From Kudoa neothunni (taxonomy: Eukaryota > Animalia > Cnidaria): a stretch of 64,000 bases of DNA. The notes under the pieces are model-generated. The model made no database searches, was not told the origin of the DNA, and saw nothing but the letters and a program-made list of their open reading frames with translations. Positions 12,585 to 26,245 of this stretch are shown one piece after another. The stretch's first letter is position 1; every line of letters begins with the position of its first letter. Where the stretch lies: contig OZ199839.1 of NCBI GenBank assembly GCA_964304625.1, positions 5,264,898 to 5,328,897 of the forward strand, given 5' to 3'. The position numbers and the translations under genes were made by a program.

Positions 12585-14609
12585 TTATTTTCTTTTCAAT
12601 AATAGATTTTTCAGGATATTTTTAGGATTGGTTTTGGAGTTTGTATCCACATCAATGTTGATTTCTTTCAGTTTGGCTGAAGGCGTACGCTTGAAGGAGG
12701 AACGATGCTGTCGTAGCATTTCTCGGCATTGTTCATTGTTGAGTGAGATATTTTGATGGGTGACGGCAATAGCATCTGATTTCATCACAGGATGTTTGAT
12801 TTCACTAAATTATTCAATCACGTCTATTTATTGGAAGGAAGCTGAATTTAATCTAATAGCTAACCATTCGAACAAATTAGAAGGATCCACTAATTTTACA
12901 CATATCTCCTTTCGCTTTTGCAAAATTTCTCCGATTCTAGAGATGGTTCGTTGTTGGTTCGATAGCGAAGCAGACTCGATCGCAGATTTTATCTAAATAT
13001 AAAAGATCCAAACGTTTGGTTAGATTTAACGTGAAGTTTACATGATGTGGGCATTTAAGCAATAAGAAAATATCAATGGTCAAAATTTCCAGTTTGTTTT
13101 TTAGTGCGTGCTACGTTAGGGCAGCAAATAAAATAAAGAAACCAAACACATATCTTACCATAAACAAATCCAATAGAATATCTTCACGTTGAGAGTTTTC
13201 ATTGGTTGATTCTTCATATTTATAAGCTCGATTATATTTATTTTTAAATTCCTCGAAAAATATCTCATTCTAAATCCAACCCCATATAAGAGAATATTTT
13301 AAAAGTTGTTAGCCACCTGGATAACATTAACATAATTATTGTCGGTGTAGAAGCGTGTTAACATCTCAAACATCACTTCCTTGTAGTCTAATAGATTGTA
13401 CTGCTCATAATTTTGAATAATCGATGGTATATAACATCTAAAAACATCCCCTCATCAATAAAATTATCATCTCTATTTTTCACGCCACACAAACCATAAC
13501 TGGGCATTCCTTACCTCATTTTTATTTGGTTATTTACAATATGGGTGGATATTCCCACAAATTTCTCTCCATATTCAAATGAGGATCTTCCAAACAAACT
13601 CCAAGTGTGTGAATTCACAAGTGAATAATAAAAAAACTGAAACTTAGTGACCACCGACAATATCCCTTCATTAGTGAAACTGAAAAAGTATTTAAAAAAG
13701 ATAGATGTTTTTCCATTACGTAAAAGTATTTATTTCATCGTTTGGAGTGAGTAGTTGTAGGGTGCACTTGCTCAAAAGTACAAGATCAACTCCAATACGA
13801 TAAACGTAGGTGTCGATAATGTGAGGTGAATTTTCATTCAATGTACATGCAACTGAAAAGATGTCATCTCCAAAAGTGGCACCATTACAATACAATCCAC
13901 ATAAACTCCATTTATAAACTAAAAATCCTCCAAGCGTATACACATAAACCACATTGTTGGTTGAAACCATCACAAAAAATTGTTCTGTTGCATGTACAGC
14001 CTACCCAAGTTAAATAAACTTTTAAAGCGCAACTTAACTACCCTCAAACTTTCTCCCCAAGGCAATTCCCCATCCCAACTATACTGTTTGGTCCATTTTT
14101 TAAAGCTAATACAAGTGAATTGTTTTCTAAATTGGTACAAATAAAAATCCATTCCGACTCTTCGTTACAATACTTAGTTTCTGCGGAGGTAGCTGCTTGG
14201 TGATTATTCACTCTACCCAACACTACATCTGTAGTGCTAATAGATGCTATATCATATGGGTGATTGGCGGGGATTTTTATTTGATTGTAATTTGTTCCTT
14301 TTCCTGATAAAATAATATGTTCATACATCGGAAGTGAGGACTGGTTGTCTTCATTCTTGATCATTTTTACCATCCCATGAGCATTCCAGCACTAATCACA
14401 GTTTATTGATACGTTTTGTTCGAGAGATAAATTTTTACCAAAATCTTTCCTTTGGCAAAATTACAGGTAGGACGGTTAGCGTCATCCAAAGCAGGCGATG
14501 ATTGAAACTTATCATCTCTAAATTTAACACTAAATGGAAAAAAACTTTCTGTATCAATGTGTGAAAGATGAGATGGGTTTTCTTTGAAAAAGTCAGATAT
14601 GTTTGGCAT
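12585..14609 (-). CDS. WDHD1: WDHD1/AND-1/Ctf4 replisome hub protein (SepB beta-propeller plus helical bundle), ~10 exons
   Basis: The spliced translation gives FQSSP..KILCWNAHGMV, CISFKKWTKQYSWDGELPWGESLRAV, VSTNNVVYVYTLGG, FTNEG and LLDLFMHALKNKLE..AIESASLSNQQRTISRIGEIL, colinear with AND-1/Ctf4 SepB motifs. Canonical short introns, e.g. 14392-14438. Confidence 0.72.
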
Positions 14610-15224
14610 TTTTAACTCAACTCAGTCACGTGGATGTCTTTGAATCGAAATCCTAAGCGCCGTTCCATTTGAAACATTATTTTTTCCACATAATAATAAA
14701 ATTAAAAATAATAAAATGCAATTTTATTTCTTTTTCGATATCAAAAGATTGATACGCAATTAACTATCCACTCTCAACATAACTCACTCTTAACTTGGGG
14801 CAGTTAGTTTTTATTTTCAGTCTTGTTATGTCATTTGTCAATATTATTAATCCAAAATAAATTAATGTATATATTTAAAATTTATTTCACTTAAAGTAAT
14901 TATAGGTAGATACACTATGTATTTATAAAATGTATAAATTTTTTGTTGGTTGGCAAGAGTCCCGCCAACTTTATCCCATTCATCCCTTCCCAAATTACGT
15001 GTGAGAAAAATTTTTACGTACCGACGTAATTGTCATACTCCACGAAATATCTTTTTTAATAAGTTTGAAATCTCCCAAAATTTGAACGAATTCGAAAAAA
15101 TCAAACCGACATGGCAATGAACCTTTTTATGCCGAAATTTTTTGTTTGCAGTCCTAAAACAAAATATTACATACATTCTGTTAGTTATTAGTAGGTAATG
15201 TCGTTTTCGACGTTTATTTCCTAA

Positions 15225-17168
15225 CTAGCGCCAAGGTCCCGCTTCGCGAAGACTTCCTTGCCCAGCCAAGTAGGCTAACACCTGACGCATATTAAAGCCT
15301 TTTTGATTTTTAAGTAAATAGCGCTAATGCCCAATTTTTCCTGGTACAATGTGATGGAAAATTTTAACTTTAATTTTATTTTTGAATGGGGAAATTTTAC
15401 AGAAGAGTTAATCTAATTAGCACTTTAAACCCTGTAAATTTTATTTTTCTATTTTAATCTATGCATTTTAAAAGCTTGTCATTATTTTTGCAATGTGATG
15501 ATTTAGATAAACGAAATTATGCGCACACTTTCCATTCAAATATAAATAGAGGTATGGAGAGAAATTAATGAGTAATTTTAAGTTTATTTTACAAATTATT
15601 GACCAAAACTATGATGACCTTAATTTTAAGAGAAATGTAATTAGCGATTAAAGTCCAGTTATTTATGAAACGAAATCATTAAGTAACTTAAATAGAACTT
15701 TCAGTTTTTTTCAAAATTTTGCGATAAAAATTAATTCTTCTAGTTATAAAATTTATTATTAATCCACAAACGATAAAAAAATAAAATCAACCTAAGATAC
15801 CTCCGAAATATTAATATTAATTGTTACTCCTTTGTTCGCAATTTTATAATGGTGCCAACGATTTTTTAAAAAGCTGTGAGCGGTAACTTACGTATTCATT
15901 ATTGTAACAAAATTTCCCGATTTATAAATAAATCCAACCTTGCTTTTTATCAAGAATACTTATTGGTTCAAAAATATACACATTTAATTAACAAAATACG
16001 ATTAAATCAAAAATGTAAGGGTGTTTTTGGTATGAAAAATTACAATAATGCTTAAACATCAACTGGTTTTCTTGAAGGAATGCACCTCTTTAAAAATTAA
16101 CGTTCTGTTTGATTGTTCTAAAAAATCTATTTATGTTGAACTATTCTTCGATTAACGGAAACTTTGTGCAAAAATAATCGTGAATATAAATTCTTAAATT
16201 ACATATAGATTGCTGTGTCGCATATTTTTATGCAGCTTTTATATCATAATGATTTAATGCGAGCCTAAAGAAAACTGTATATTGATTTGAATATTAATCT
16301 TAAGGTTTGAGATAGGGAATAATTAGGTAATTAAGAACTTAAACACTATTTAAAAAATTGTCTCGTCAAATATAGAGACTTTTCGAATTAGTTATGTCAG
16401 CTGTCTTGCAAGAAAGTTTTGGAAAACCAAAAAATGAGTAAAAACATATCGAAAAGACGAATATAGCTTCAATCTCAATCGACATATTTGATAAAAAGAA
16501 ATGTTCACATCTCAGGAATTCCAATGAAGCATAATTTTCACTTATGTTATCACAAAAATTTTAATATTTAAAGCTTTACGCACATTTCATATCGCTTTTA
16601 GGATACGTATAGAGACTCTAATTATCCCAACGTGACAACAACTTGTTATCTCAAATTATGCGTTTTATTTAAAATGATCATAATCTATTTTGCTTAACTA
16701 TATCCATAACGCTCGAAATGAGAAAACACAAACCAAATAACTTTTTTATGCTTCAAATTTTAAGGGAATGCAACAACTCTTGTAAATGTGACATTAAGAG
16801 TTTTATTTGTCTTAAAGTAACTCCTAATAGGCATATATAAAATTTATAGAGCATTCTACATCAAAATTAGCAGATTTTCTTTGTATACAACGAGTGAAAG
16901 TTTATTTTAATTGAGTATCACTCTGAAGTAAACCAACATCAATTTTATGCAGGTACTATTTAATCTGCTATTTGAGTAGACAGCCAGAAAATTACGCACT
17001 TCTGATACCGACATTTATTATATTTATACTTCTAAGTGAATGAACAATTTGTACCAATGATATCATCGATTCAAATGCAAACGAAAAACTGTATTTAAAA
17101 AAAGTTTCTTCATGGCACACGCGTATTGCTGAAAACACACACTGACAGATATGAGCTTTATATAGAGA
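15225..17168 (-). mobile_element. Non-autonomous Helitron-like element (copy A)
   Basis: Minus-strand 5' end TCTCTATATAAAGCT...GTGTGT; 3' end is a short GC hairpin (CGCGAAGCG) followed by CTAG|T at 15225. Confidence 0.55.
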
Positions 17169-18352
17169 CTAGCGCGAACTGCCCAGCGTTGCTCGGGGAA
17201 GACTTCACCTAAAAATGTTTTTTAATAGCATTCAAAGAATATAATGAATTTTCGAATTAACCCATACAAATAAAGTAACTAACAATTTTTAAGCTTTATA
17301 TTTTAACGACTGTGAATATGAAATTTAAATTATGTTCATTTCTGTGAAAGAGTGTACCAATCCCGGCGTCTATTTAAAAATTTCACGACCCGGCACCAAT
17401 GCTAAATAAATTAAGGTCAGCATCATATCTTTTTCATTCCCGAATTATTTAAATCTCGTTAAAGTGTTATCTAGAACGTTATTTTTTGGCCAGGGGGATT
17501 TTTAAAAGTTGAATTCTGGCCCGGCTCGGTAACCGTGCGCACCACTAACCTTTAAAAAGATAAAAAATAGAAAAAGTAATAGAGATAGAGATAGAAGAAA
17601 ATGTATGAACATTAATTGATATTGCTAAAATTAGCATCGCTTGACCGACATAAATATTAGTGCACTTTTCCCAAACAAACAGCTAAAACTCACGTCAATA
17701 TCAACATAAATAACTTATATAATTAGATGAAGTAAGAGTACAACCATCTATATTGAATTTGATCACTGAAAGTTCAACATAGCGGACGATTCCAATGAAA
17801 TCTAAAGACATGGTGCTTGTAAAATAAAGCTACAATCTATTTGATTATATAATTCTTTACCAAATCGCTATTAATAATGCAAACATAGACTTTTTGTTGC
17901 ATGGAAAACCATTAATAAAACTTTTAAAATATACTTATCAAGTCATATACGTTAAAACTATACAAATAAGGAGTGTATCTGCACGAACACCTAAATTTAC
18001 ACACCTAATTTATATTCAAAGTTAGATAGCAGTAGTTAAGCAATATTTGATAGAGCATATGAAGGGGAAATTTAATTCAAACCGACCATGTGCAAGTCAT
18101 AAGCTGGTGTTAATCCTATTGTGAACTCAAGTAATCCGTTTAACCAACTTTGAATCGACAAAATCACCATTTTCTAAACAATTTAAGGAACATTTAGCAG
18201 TTTGAAAATTATTTAAATATTTTTGAAACATTGTGATTTTTAAAAAATTCCATAAATGTCCCTCTATAAGGAAAATATCTTGATGCGCGTGTATACTTTC
18301 TGACACACACACGGACACTTCGGCTTTATATATTCAGTAGATAGATAGTAGA
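17169..18352 (-). mobile_element. Non-autonomous Helitron-like element (copy B), head-to-tail with copy A
   Basis: Minus-strand A|TCTACTATCTATCTACTGAATATATAAAGCCGAAGTGTCCGTGTGTGT 5' end; 3' hairpin CCCGAGCAACGCTGGG then CTAG|T at 17169. Confidence 0.7.
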
Positions 18353-19111
18353 TTTAACACGATTTCACTAGAGGCAGTATATCTAGGAGATTTTACATAC
18401 GACGAATTGTTATTTGAATTTAGCAACTAACCTATTTTAGGGATCATAATATTTTCAATATATTGCGCCATTCAAAGATAAGCTTCCAAAAAATAGAGAA
18501 TGAAATCGAGTATTTCATAAAGCTGAATAAAATTTTCAAGTCCTTCAGGACAACTTGATTTCACGATAATAGGAGTACGAGCATACTTTATTTTCGCCGT
18601 TGCTTTTTATCGGTTATTAGTCATTTATTGAAAAAACAAAAAAATTCCACACGACCTTAATTTTTTTATGAAATATCCACAGAGAATAATTAATCAAGAA
18701 TTAATACAAGAACAATCGGTTTGTTCACGCGTAACCGAAAATACTCGATGAACAGATATGTCGAAAAAATCATGAAATTTACAAATTAATTATATCATAA
18801 TATATATTAAATTGTTAAAAATAAGTATTAAATCTTAATTAACTTAATATGTTAAATCTCCGACTAATTAAAGTCATAAATCTGTTATTTGGTGGCATAT
18901 GCTTGACCCAGCTTAATAATGTTCGCAGATTGTCGTTGTTACATTAACGCGCTGGTACCTTGGTCGATTTTCACTGAAATTTGGTGTTTTCTCTATTGCT
19001 AAGGTGGGTTAACAATTGAGTAAATTTATAATTAAAAATAAAATTTAATTTCCACTCAGCACTATTTATTCATAGTTTCATTCGATATTTTTTGATATAG
19101 ATAAGAACGTA

Positions 19112-21773
19112 ATGGGTAAAAGTGCTAAGATAGCAAGATTGAGAAAGGATAAATATTATCAATTGGCCAAAGAACATGGATATCGTTCAAGAGCAGCTTT
19201 TAAACTAATCCAATTGAATCGAAAGTTTGGTTTTTTGAATGATGCGTCCGTGGTGATTGATTTATGTGCAGCTCCTGGTGGATGGTACCTTATTGTTGAT
19301 TTTGGTTATTTTTAAACATTACTTGTTGAAGGCTACAGGTTGTTGCCAATATTTTACCCATGTCCAGCATAATCATCGGTATGATTAAAAATAGTGTTAT
19401 TGTCGCTCTATATTAGTTACAATCTTATAATCATGGTGAATTTAGGTGTTGATTTATTTCCAATAAAACCCATCAAAAACACAATCACCTTCGTCAACGA
19501 TATAACAACACCTGAATGTTTCAGTAATATCAAAGCAAATCTGAGGGAACAACCGGTTGATTGTGTTCTTCATGATGGTGCGCCAAATGTGGGTCAAGCA
19601 TGGGAAGCTGATGCTTTTGGTCAGGCCCAACTTACGTTACACTCTCTTAGAATGGCTTCCAAAGTGTTGAAACCTGGAGGTTGGTTTGTCACTAAAGTAT
19701 AGTCATTTTTATCTCCAACGCCGAAATAACTAACGGACAAATTTAAGATATTTAGATCTCGAGACTATTCAAAATTGATAACGGTTTTGAAAAAATTATT
19801 TCGACATGTCCATTCCACTAAACCGTTAGCATCTAGGAAAGAGTCAGCAGAAATTTTTGTAGTTTGTCAAGTGAGTATTTTGTTTGATTAAAGAGGTTGA
19901 ATTTTATTTATTGATAGGGATATACTGGATTAAAAAGCTTTGATTCTTCCATTTTGGATTTTAAAAATGTTTTTCGTGAACAGGACGATGCAACGGATTC
20001 CACCAAGTCACTCACCCTGAAATCTATGTTTAGACAGTTGGTAGGTTATTTTTACTTTTCTTAAACTAACTAATAATTTAATTCTGCGCTTTGTTAGAAC
20101 AAAGCCAAACCCAATCGAGATGGTTACGAAACAGAGTCTCAGTTATTGTACTCAACTCTAAAACTATCGGAATTTTTAAAGCTTGAATCCAACGTTTTAA
20201 ATGTTTTGTCGAAAGTCAATAAAATTCAGTTTGACGTTGATACCTATGATTCGCCAGATGTGACTCCTGACTGTATTCGGTTGTATTGTGAAGATCTCCA
20301 AGTGTTGGGCTATCCCGAGTTTAAACAGTTGTTGGATTGGAGACGGGGGATTCGCGCCAAATATGAATTGGATGAGAAAAATACGGTCGAACTCGAAGAA
20401 ACCTCAAAGCAACCATTAACGGATGAACAAAGAATCGAGAAAGAAATCGAAATGGCTGAATTGGATCAGCATCAACTGGACAAACGTCTCAAGAAAAAGG
20501 AGCTAGCCAAGAAAAGATTACTGAAACAACATATGAAAATCAACGAAACAATGAATGCTCAAAACAACATCGACCTCGATAACACTGGTTACTTTGCTCA
20601 ATTTGTGAATAGAAACTCCAATAATGATTCATCGTTGGCAGTTCATGATAATGTTGATATTGATGCGACAGCGGATGATGTGAATGATTTATTGGATGCT
20701 TCAGAAAATTTATCTGACAAGGAACAGCCTTTTGATTCCGATGTGAGTGAAGACGAGCGTGAATTTACTACGCTTGAGCGGCAATTAAATTCTCAGATGG
20801 AATTTTTGAAGAATGCTGGCCTTAACAAGAAAAAGCAAAAACATTCACAATTGTCTGATCAACTTTCAACCGCCAACGTAAATTTTTGTGAATATCTTAG
20901 TTCGTGTTGTGCAACTTTTGATGTATTTAATAGTCGAAAGAGATTGAGATGGACTCTGCTGTGAACGTTGGTGGTGGTTGTAGCTTGTCGGATATCGACG
21001 AAGATGAAGAGTTAGACATGGAATTTTTAGCGGAATCAACTCAACAATCACGCTCTGAACCGCCTTCATTTAGTAACGCGACTGCTGAAGCTTCTTCGAC
21101 TGAGGAAAAGTTTCAAGATGAAGATAGTGATGACAGTCATTCCTCTGAGTTGGAAGATGACAACAAATACTCTCCTGAATTGCTGGCTCTGGCGACGCGC
21201 ATGAAGCGCTCAAAAAAGGAGAAAGAACGCATTATTGACAGTTTATGGAATCGTCATTGCAAAGGGGAAGAAAATTTACCACAATGGTTCATTGATGATG
21301 AAGCCAAAGCCACTCATCGAATACTTCCAGTGACCAAAGAGGAGGTTCAACAATACAGACAAATGCAACGTATTATGGATGCTCAGCCGAGAAAGAAAGT
21401 GTTGGAAGCTCGTCAACGTAAACGAACAAAGATAGAGAAACTTATTCAGAAAGCTCGTGCTAAAACCGACAAACTTTCAAACACTGAGGATGATCAAGGT
21501 GATGCTGCAATTAATCAAGATAAAATCGATACCGTCAAACGTATCTACAAGAAAGTGGCGAGAGAAATGAATCCCAAAAAGGACAAAACTTATGTGGTTG
21601 CGAAACGTCATCTTGTTTCTGGCCGTCGTTATGTAAAACCTAAAGCCGTTTCTGGGCCTTATAAAGTGGTTGATGCACGTCAGAAAAAAGATAAGCAAAA
21701 AGCCAACTCCCATATGTCTAGGAAAGCCGGAAAAACCAAACGCAAGCGATTTGTTAAGAGAAAGCGCCGTTAG
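19112..21773 (+). CDS. FTSJ3: pre-rRNA 2'-O-ribose methyltransferase FTSJ3/Spb1, 7 exons
   Basis: [70 protein letters not shown] and Spb1 C-terminal LPQWFIDDE / [13 protein letters not shown]. Exons 19112-19284, 19332-19378, 19446-19696, 19748-19870, 19918-20040, 20098-20877 and 20934-21773, all GT-AG and frame-consistent. Confidence 0.97.
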
Positions 21774-21990
21774 GTTTCAACTTTGCTTTGTAGTTAGCTA
21801 TAGTGTTTGATTGTGTATGCGTTTTTATATATTTTATATGCGTTCGTTTTTTTGTTTATTCTTATTGAAAAATTTTTTATTCATCCCGTCGGTTTGATGT
21901 TATAATTTTCTAATATTCCTATAGTTAATGTATTCATGAAAGGTCTTATTTTTCTGATATAAATTTGATGAATAAGATAAGAAATATCGC

Positions 21991-22014
21991 ATATATATAT
22001 ATATATATATATAT
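21991..22014. repeat. (AT)n microsatellite
   Basis: 12 consecutive AT units. Confidence 0.95.
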
Positions 22015-23206
22015 GTATATGTATGTATTTTCAAAAAAATCTTTATTTAAGTAGTTGAACAATTTTACAGTTTATATTTATCAGATTGTTCATTATAAAC
22101 GTTTATCGTAAGTAGTTGATGGGATAATCTGGTGATTTAGGAGGAAGTGTATTGAATGATTATTTAAAAAAATATGAGATAATTCTTTTACAAAATAAAT
22201 TAGAAAGTGCTCAAATAAGAGTGTAGTAAGAATCATTTAATAGTTTAATCGAGAAAATACTATAATTTTGTTTTTGAGACCTAATTGAAATTATGAATGC
22301 TTATTCTTATAAATTGATTTAATTTTAACGTGTTGATTTTATTGAATTTAAAAGAATAAAAACTTAAATATATTTGAATTTAAGGGTGAAGTGTGTTTTT
22401 ATGCTTTTTTGATTTTTTTCGCGTAATTATTTAATAAAATAATAGATTAAAAATATTAAAATTTTGAATTTTTATTTTGTTAAATGTTAATAACAAAAAC
22501 TTTGTGCTTTGAATTACTAGGAACAACTGGCTATATACATCAAATATTCCATAAATCAACAAATAATATTCACGTTATATAATCAAACTCGTCCTGTTCT
22601 CATTTAATCTCCAAAAGTTTGTGATTAAATAAAATCATTGTATTTTAGAAAATAAATAGAAACTTTATTATTTGGTTATCTATTACTTCACAACGAATGA
22701 TTTCTCAAAGACAGAATGATATTCATCCCATATCTCCATACAAATTGATAGGACTTATTCAAAAAAACGTAAAGAAATAGTCAATTCTAGTTCATTTTTA
22801 GGCCAGCTTCATCGAAAAATTACTCTTTTTTTAGCGAGGATATTTTGTTGAATAATATTTAAAATCAATAAATATTAAATGTAAAATTAGCTTTTATTTT
22901 TGTGTGGTAGTAAGGGAGTAAAATATATAGGGAATCACTGATCTTAATGATTCAACTAACTCATAGTTCTTATAGGAGAAATAAAATTCTCCATTCAAGA
23001 TTTTCGATCTTATTAAACTGCGAAACAATCAAAAAAAATATTCTACAAATAGAGAAGTTAAATATTTATTCAGATTTATCGATGCTGTGTAAATATTTCT
23101 CAGTTATCCACAGATTTGAATTAATATAGTAATAAACGAGAAATTAATAAATTTCAGAAAATAAACAGAATTTTAATTTTTTTATAAATCTAGATTTTTT
23201 TCTTAA

Positions 23207-25334
23207 CTTTTTAAATAAAATGAGGTGTATTTCGACCCCACGCATGTTATAAGGTCATTTTTTATATATAAATGGTTTGTAAATTTGATTTTAACTTCAT
23301 GCAATCTTGTATATTACAGAGATCTTTATAAAACTGTAATAAAGTATTCGTATTTTAAAAAATAAAAAAAATTAAATCAAAAACACCTAAATAAAAATGT
23401 GGTATAAATCGACCCCAGGTTTTTTTGGTTAAATTGTAAGAAATAAGAAATAATATTTATAATTGAGGTTTAAGGAAATTTAATCGATAAAACATTGAAT
23501 AAATAATAATATATTCGTGGCCACCGATTATTTTCTTGGCGAAAATGGAGCTTGGTGGTCAGTTAATAAACTTATAAATTCAAAAACTGGATCAGAAAAT
23601 ATTTTGAATAATCGTCCTGGTGTGTCACCTTTCGCTTTTTGGAGAGTGACTAATTTAGGTGACACTTTCCGACTATTATTGAATCAAGAAATTTACGATC
23701 TGATCCTAAAATTTACAAATTTATTTGGTGTTAATCAGTTGGGCGGTAGTTGGAATAATTTAGATGAAACCGAATTTGAGGGTTATATTGGATGCCTGTT
23801 GTTAATGGCCACCCATAAAGATCGACAGGAATCCATTTCGGAGTTATTTAGAGTTGACAAAGGCCTCAAATCTATAGAGATCTTTTTTGTTTTAATAGAT
23901 TCAGGCAAATTACAGGGGTTCTTCACTTTGATGATCTGGCAGCTCGAGGGCTGGGTAAAGGGTCCGATAAATTTTGCCATATTCGGGACGTCTGGACTAC
24001 TTGGAATGATTTGCATACACTTAGTTTCCGCCCATTAGAGGGTGTATGCATTGAGGAGCAGCTAGTTTCTTTCAAAGGCCGTTGCCCATTTGAGCAATAC
24101 ATGCCTATCAAACCAACCAAATATAGCATTCAATTTTTTCTCGTAGTTGTTCCTAGATCAACCCATGTATGTAATATTGACGTCTATTTGGGAAAGCAGA
24201 ACCAATTCGATAAAAAGGCAACAAACGTTGGGAAAAACATAGTATTGAAGTTATCTAGCCCATTGCATCGTTCTAGTCGAAATTTGTTTTGTGAAAACTT
24301 TTTCACTTATGTGGAACTGGCGGATGAACTGTTAAGAAAAAAACTAATCTTACTTAGGACATTGAGATCTAATAAAAGAGAAATTCCACCATATCTAAGA
24401 CTATTGAAAAATGCTCCTGTCAATCCTCTCTTTTTGTGTTTGATGGTAAAAAGATGACTTTAGGATACTTGCCCAAAAGAAACAAACCTGCGTATATGTT
24501 GTGCACCTCTGCAACTAATAACAACGTTTCCTAAGAAAAGCCCTACAAACCTGATGTAATAGTCCGTTATAACTCTGCAAAAGGGGAGTTGATACTATAT
24601 CTCGATTACTTGCATCGATAAGTGTAAGAAGATTCACTAGCCGCTGGCCCCTGATTGTATTCTTCAGTATGGTTGATATTTCATGGATAAATGGGTTTTC
24701 AGTTTATAAAGAAATATTTCATCAAGCCAACATAAGAAAGAGAAATTATTTAAAAAGGATGGCTGAAGAGTTTACAAGCGCTTTAAAAACGCGAAGAAAA
24801 GTAGACAATTCAGCTAGAATATTTGTGGAGAACGCTCCAAAAAATTCGATTCAAAAGTGTCAATTGTGTGAAAGAACAAAGATCATAAAACCTCAGCAAG
24901 ATGTCATAATTGCAATTCTTCATGTTGTAGAGAACATTCTAAAACTGTTTGTTTGAATTGTTTATGGTACTATTTCTGTTATTTAACATCTTGTCTCATT
25001 TATATCGAAATAAAACTTGTTCAATCATTTTTTAACTGTTTAAATATTAGAAATTAATAATAAATAAAATTTTAAGCGCATGTACTGGCTATTCCTTATT
25101 CTAGGTATAATTAAATCATCAAAAACTTAAATTCTCCAATCAATCGCGCATGCTTGATGGGATGTTAGCGATTTTATTACTTTTTTTACAATACTTTGTA
25201 GATGAATATTGCTGAAAATTTATATAAACAGTTTAATTTATATTTACTATGCAAAAAATTTTAAGAAAATTGGGATCGAAATACACCCTAATTTTTGTTG
25301 GAAGGTGTAACTTTCAAGCTAGCTATTTAGAAGG
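23207..25334 (+). mobile_element. piggyBac transposon (PGBD4-like), pseudogenised
   Basis: Frameshifted ORFs 23517-24956 carry IEEQLVSFKGRC..YMPIKPTKY, CENFFT, TLRSNKREIP, RWPL and a C-terminal CxxC. Two catalytic Asp positions read Glu. Subterminal repeat GGTGTATTTCGACCCC (23224) is inverted at ~25272; TTAA at the left end. Confidence 0.85.
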
Positions 25335-25554
25335 TAAAATTTGTGTTTGTAAATTGGACCATTTTCTTTTCTTGGGCGTGCGTCTTTTTGACGTATATGT
25401 TTTAGAGTGATAAGAAATCACAGTTAACGACAGCTCAATTATATGCGCAATTAATTATCACGAGTTTATCAATAGTAATATTATTATTATTATATTCCCT
25501 GTTTAATACATAATACGAGTTAATGAGTATAGCATTCGTAACAATGTCTTAAAT

Positions 25555-26245
25555 CAATGTTTCCCAACCTTTTTTCTATCGCGTCCCACAAAATTCTCGA
25601 TATACAATTCTAATCACCACCTTTTCAAAAGTATTGACGTTTTAATTTATACTGCTTATAACTCTAAATTATGCTTATATCATTATGAAATTTGAAAGGG
25701 TTTGAGATATAATACTTTTTTTATTAAAATTGAAATTTATTCGATCATATCTAGCTAAATTTATCGATGGGCCTTAAAAATCAGTATCTTTAATTCTTCA
25801 TTCCTTCGAAAACAATGTTAAGTGAAACTCATTGTAATATTAGTTCACATTAAGCAAGTCTTTCATGTATACAGGTCTTAATAACCCAAACGAAATAATC
25901 TACATAAAAAATTAAACAGTATTATGTGGGGGTTAAATCAACAACAGGGGAGATCATGATTAAAAATGAGACAAGATTGGGATTAAACCCATTCTGCTTC
26001 TATTCAAGCTAAGACCATTTGAAATGTTATTTTTATATAATTAATAATTTATTTAGTTATGGTTTTATGATATTAAGAGTCACTTAAAAAAAAAAAAGAT
26101 CGAAAATCTCGATATTGATTTCAAAGTACGCCATACAGTCCAATTATCTCACGATTACCCGTGTCACACCAGAGCGGTTCATTAAACGTTCAAAAATCTC
26201 TATGCCCAACCAAAATTTGTTCAATCCCCACGTTGGGAAACACAG
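25555..26245. mobile_element. Non-autonomous hAT/Charlie-like element
   Basis: TIRs CAATGTTTCCCAAC / GTTGGGAAACACAG with a partial 8-bp TSD. Same family as 1-241. Confidence 0.65.

Noticed and set aside
20866-20964. Apparent frameshift between FTSJ3 ORFs 20146-20964 and 20949-21773
   Set aside because: Explained by a canonical 56-nt intron at 20878-20933.
23517-24956. Domesticated piggyBac-derived gene
   Set aside because: Multiple frameshifts and stops with retained ends indicate ordinary decay.
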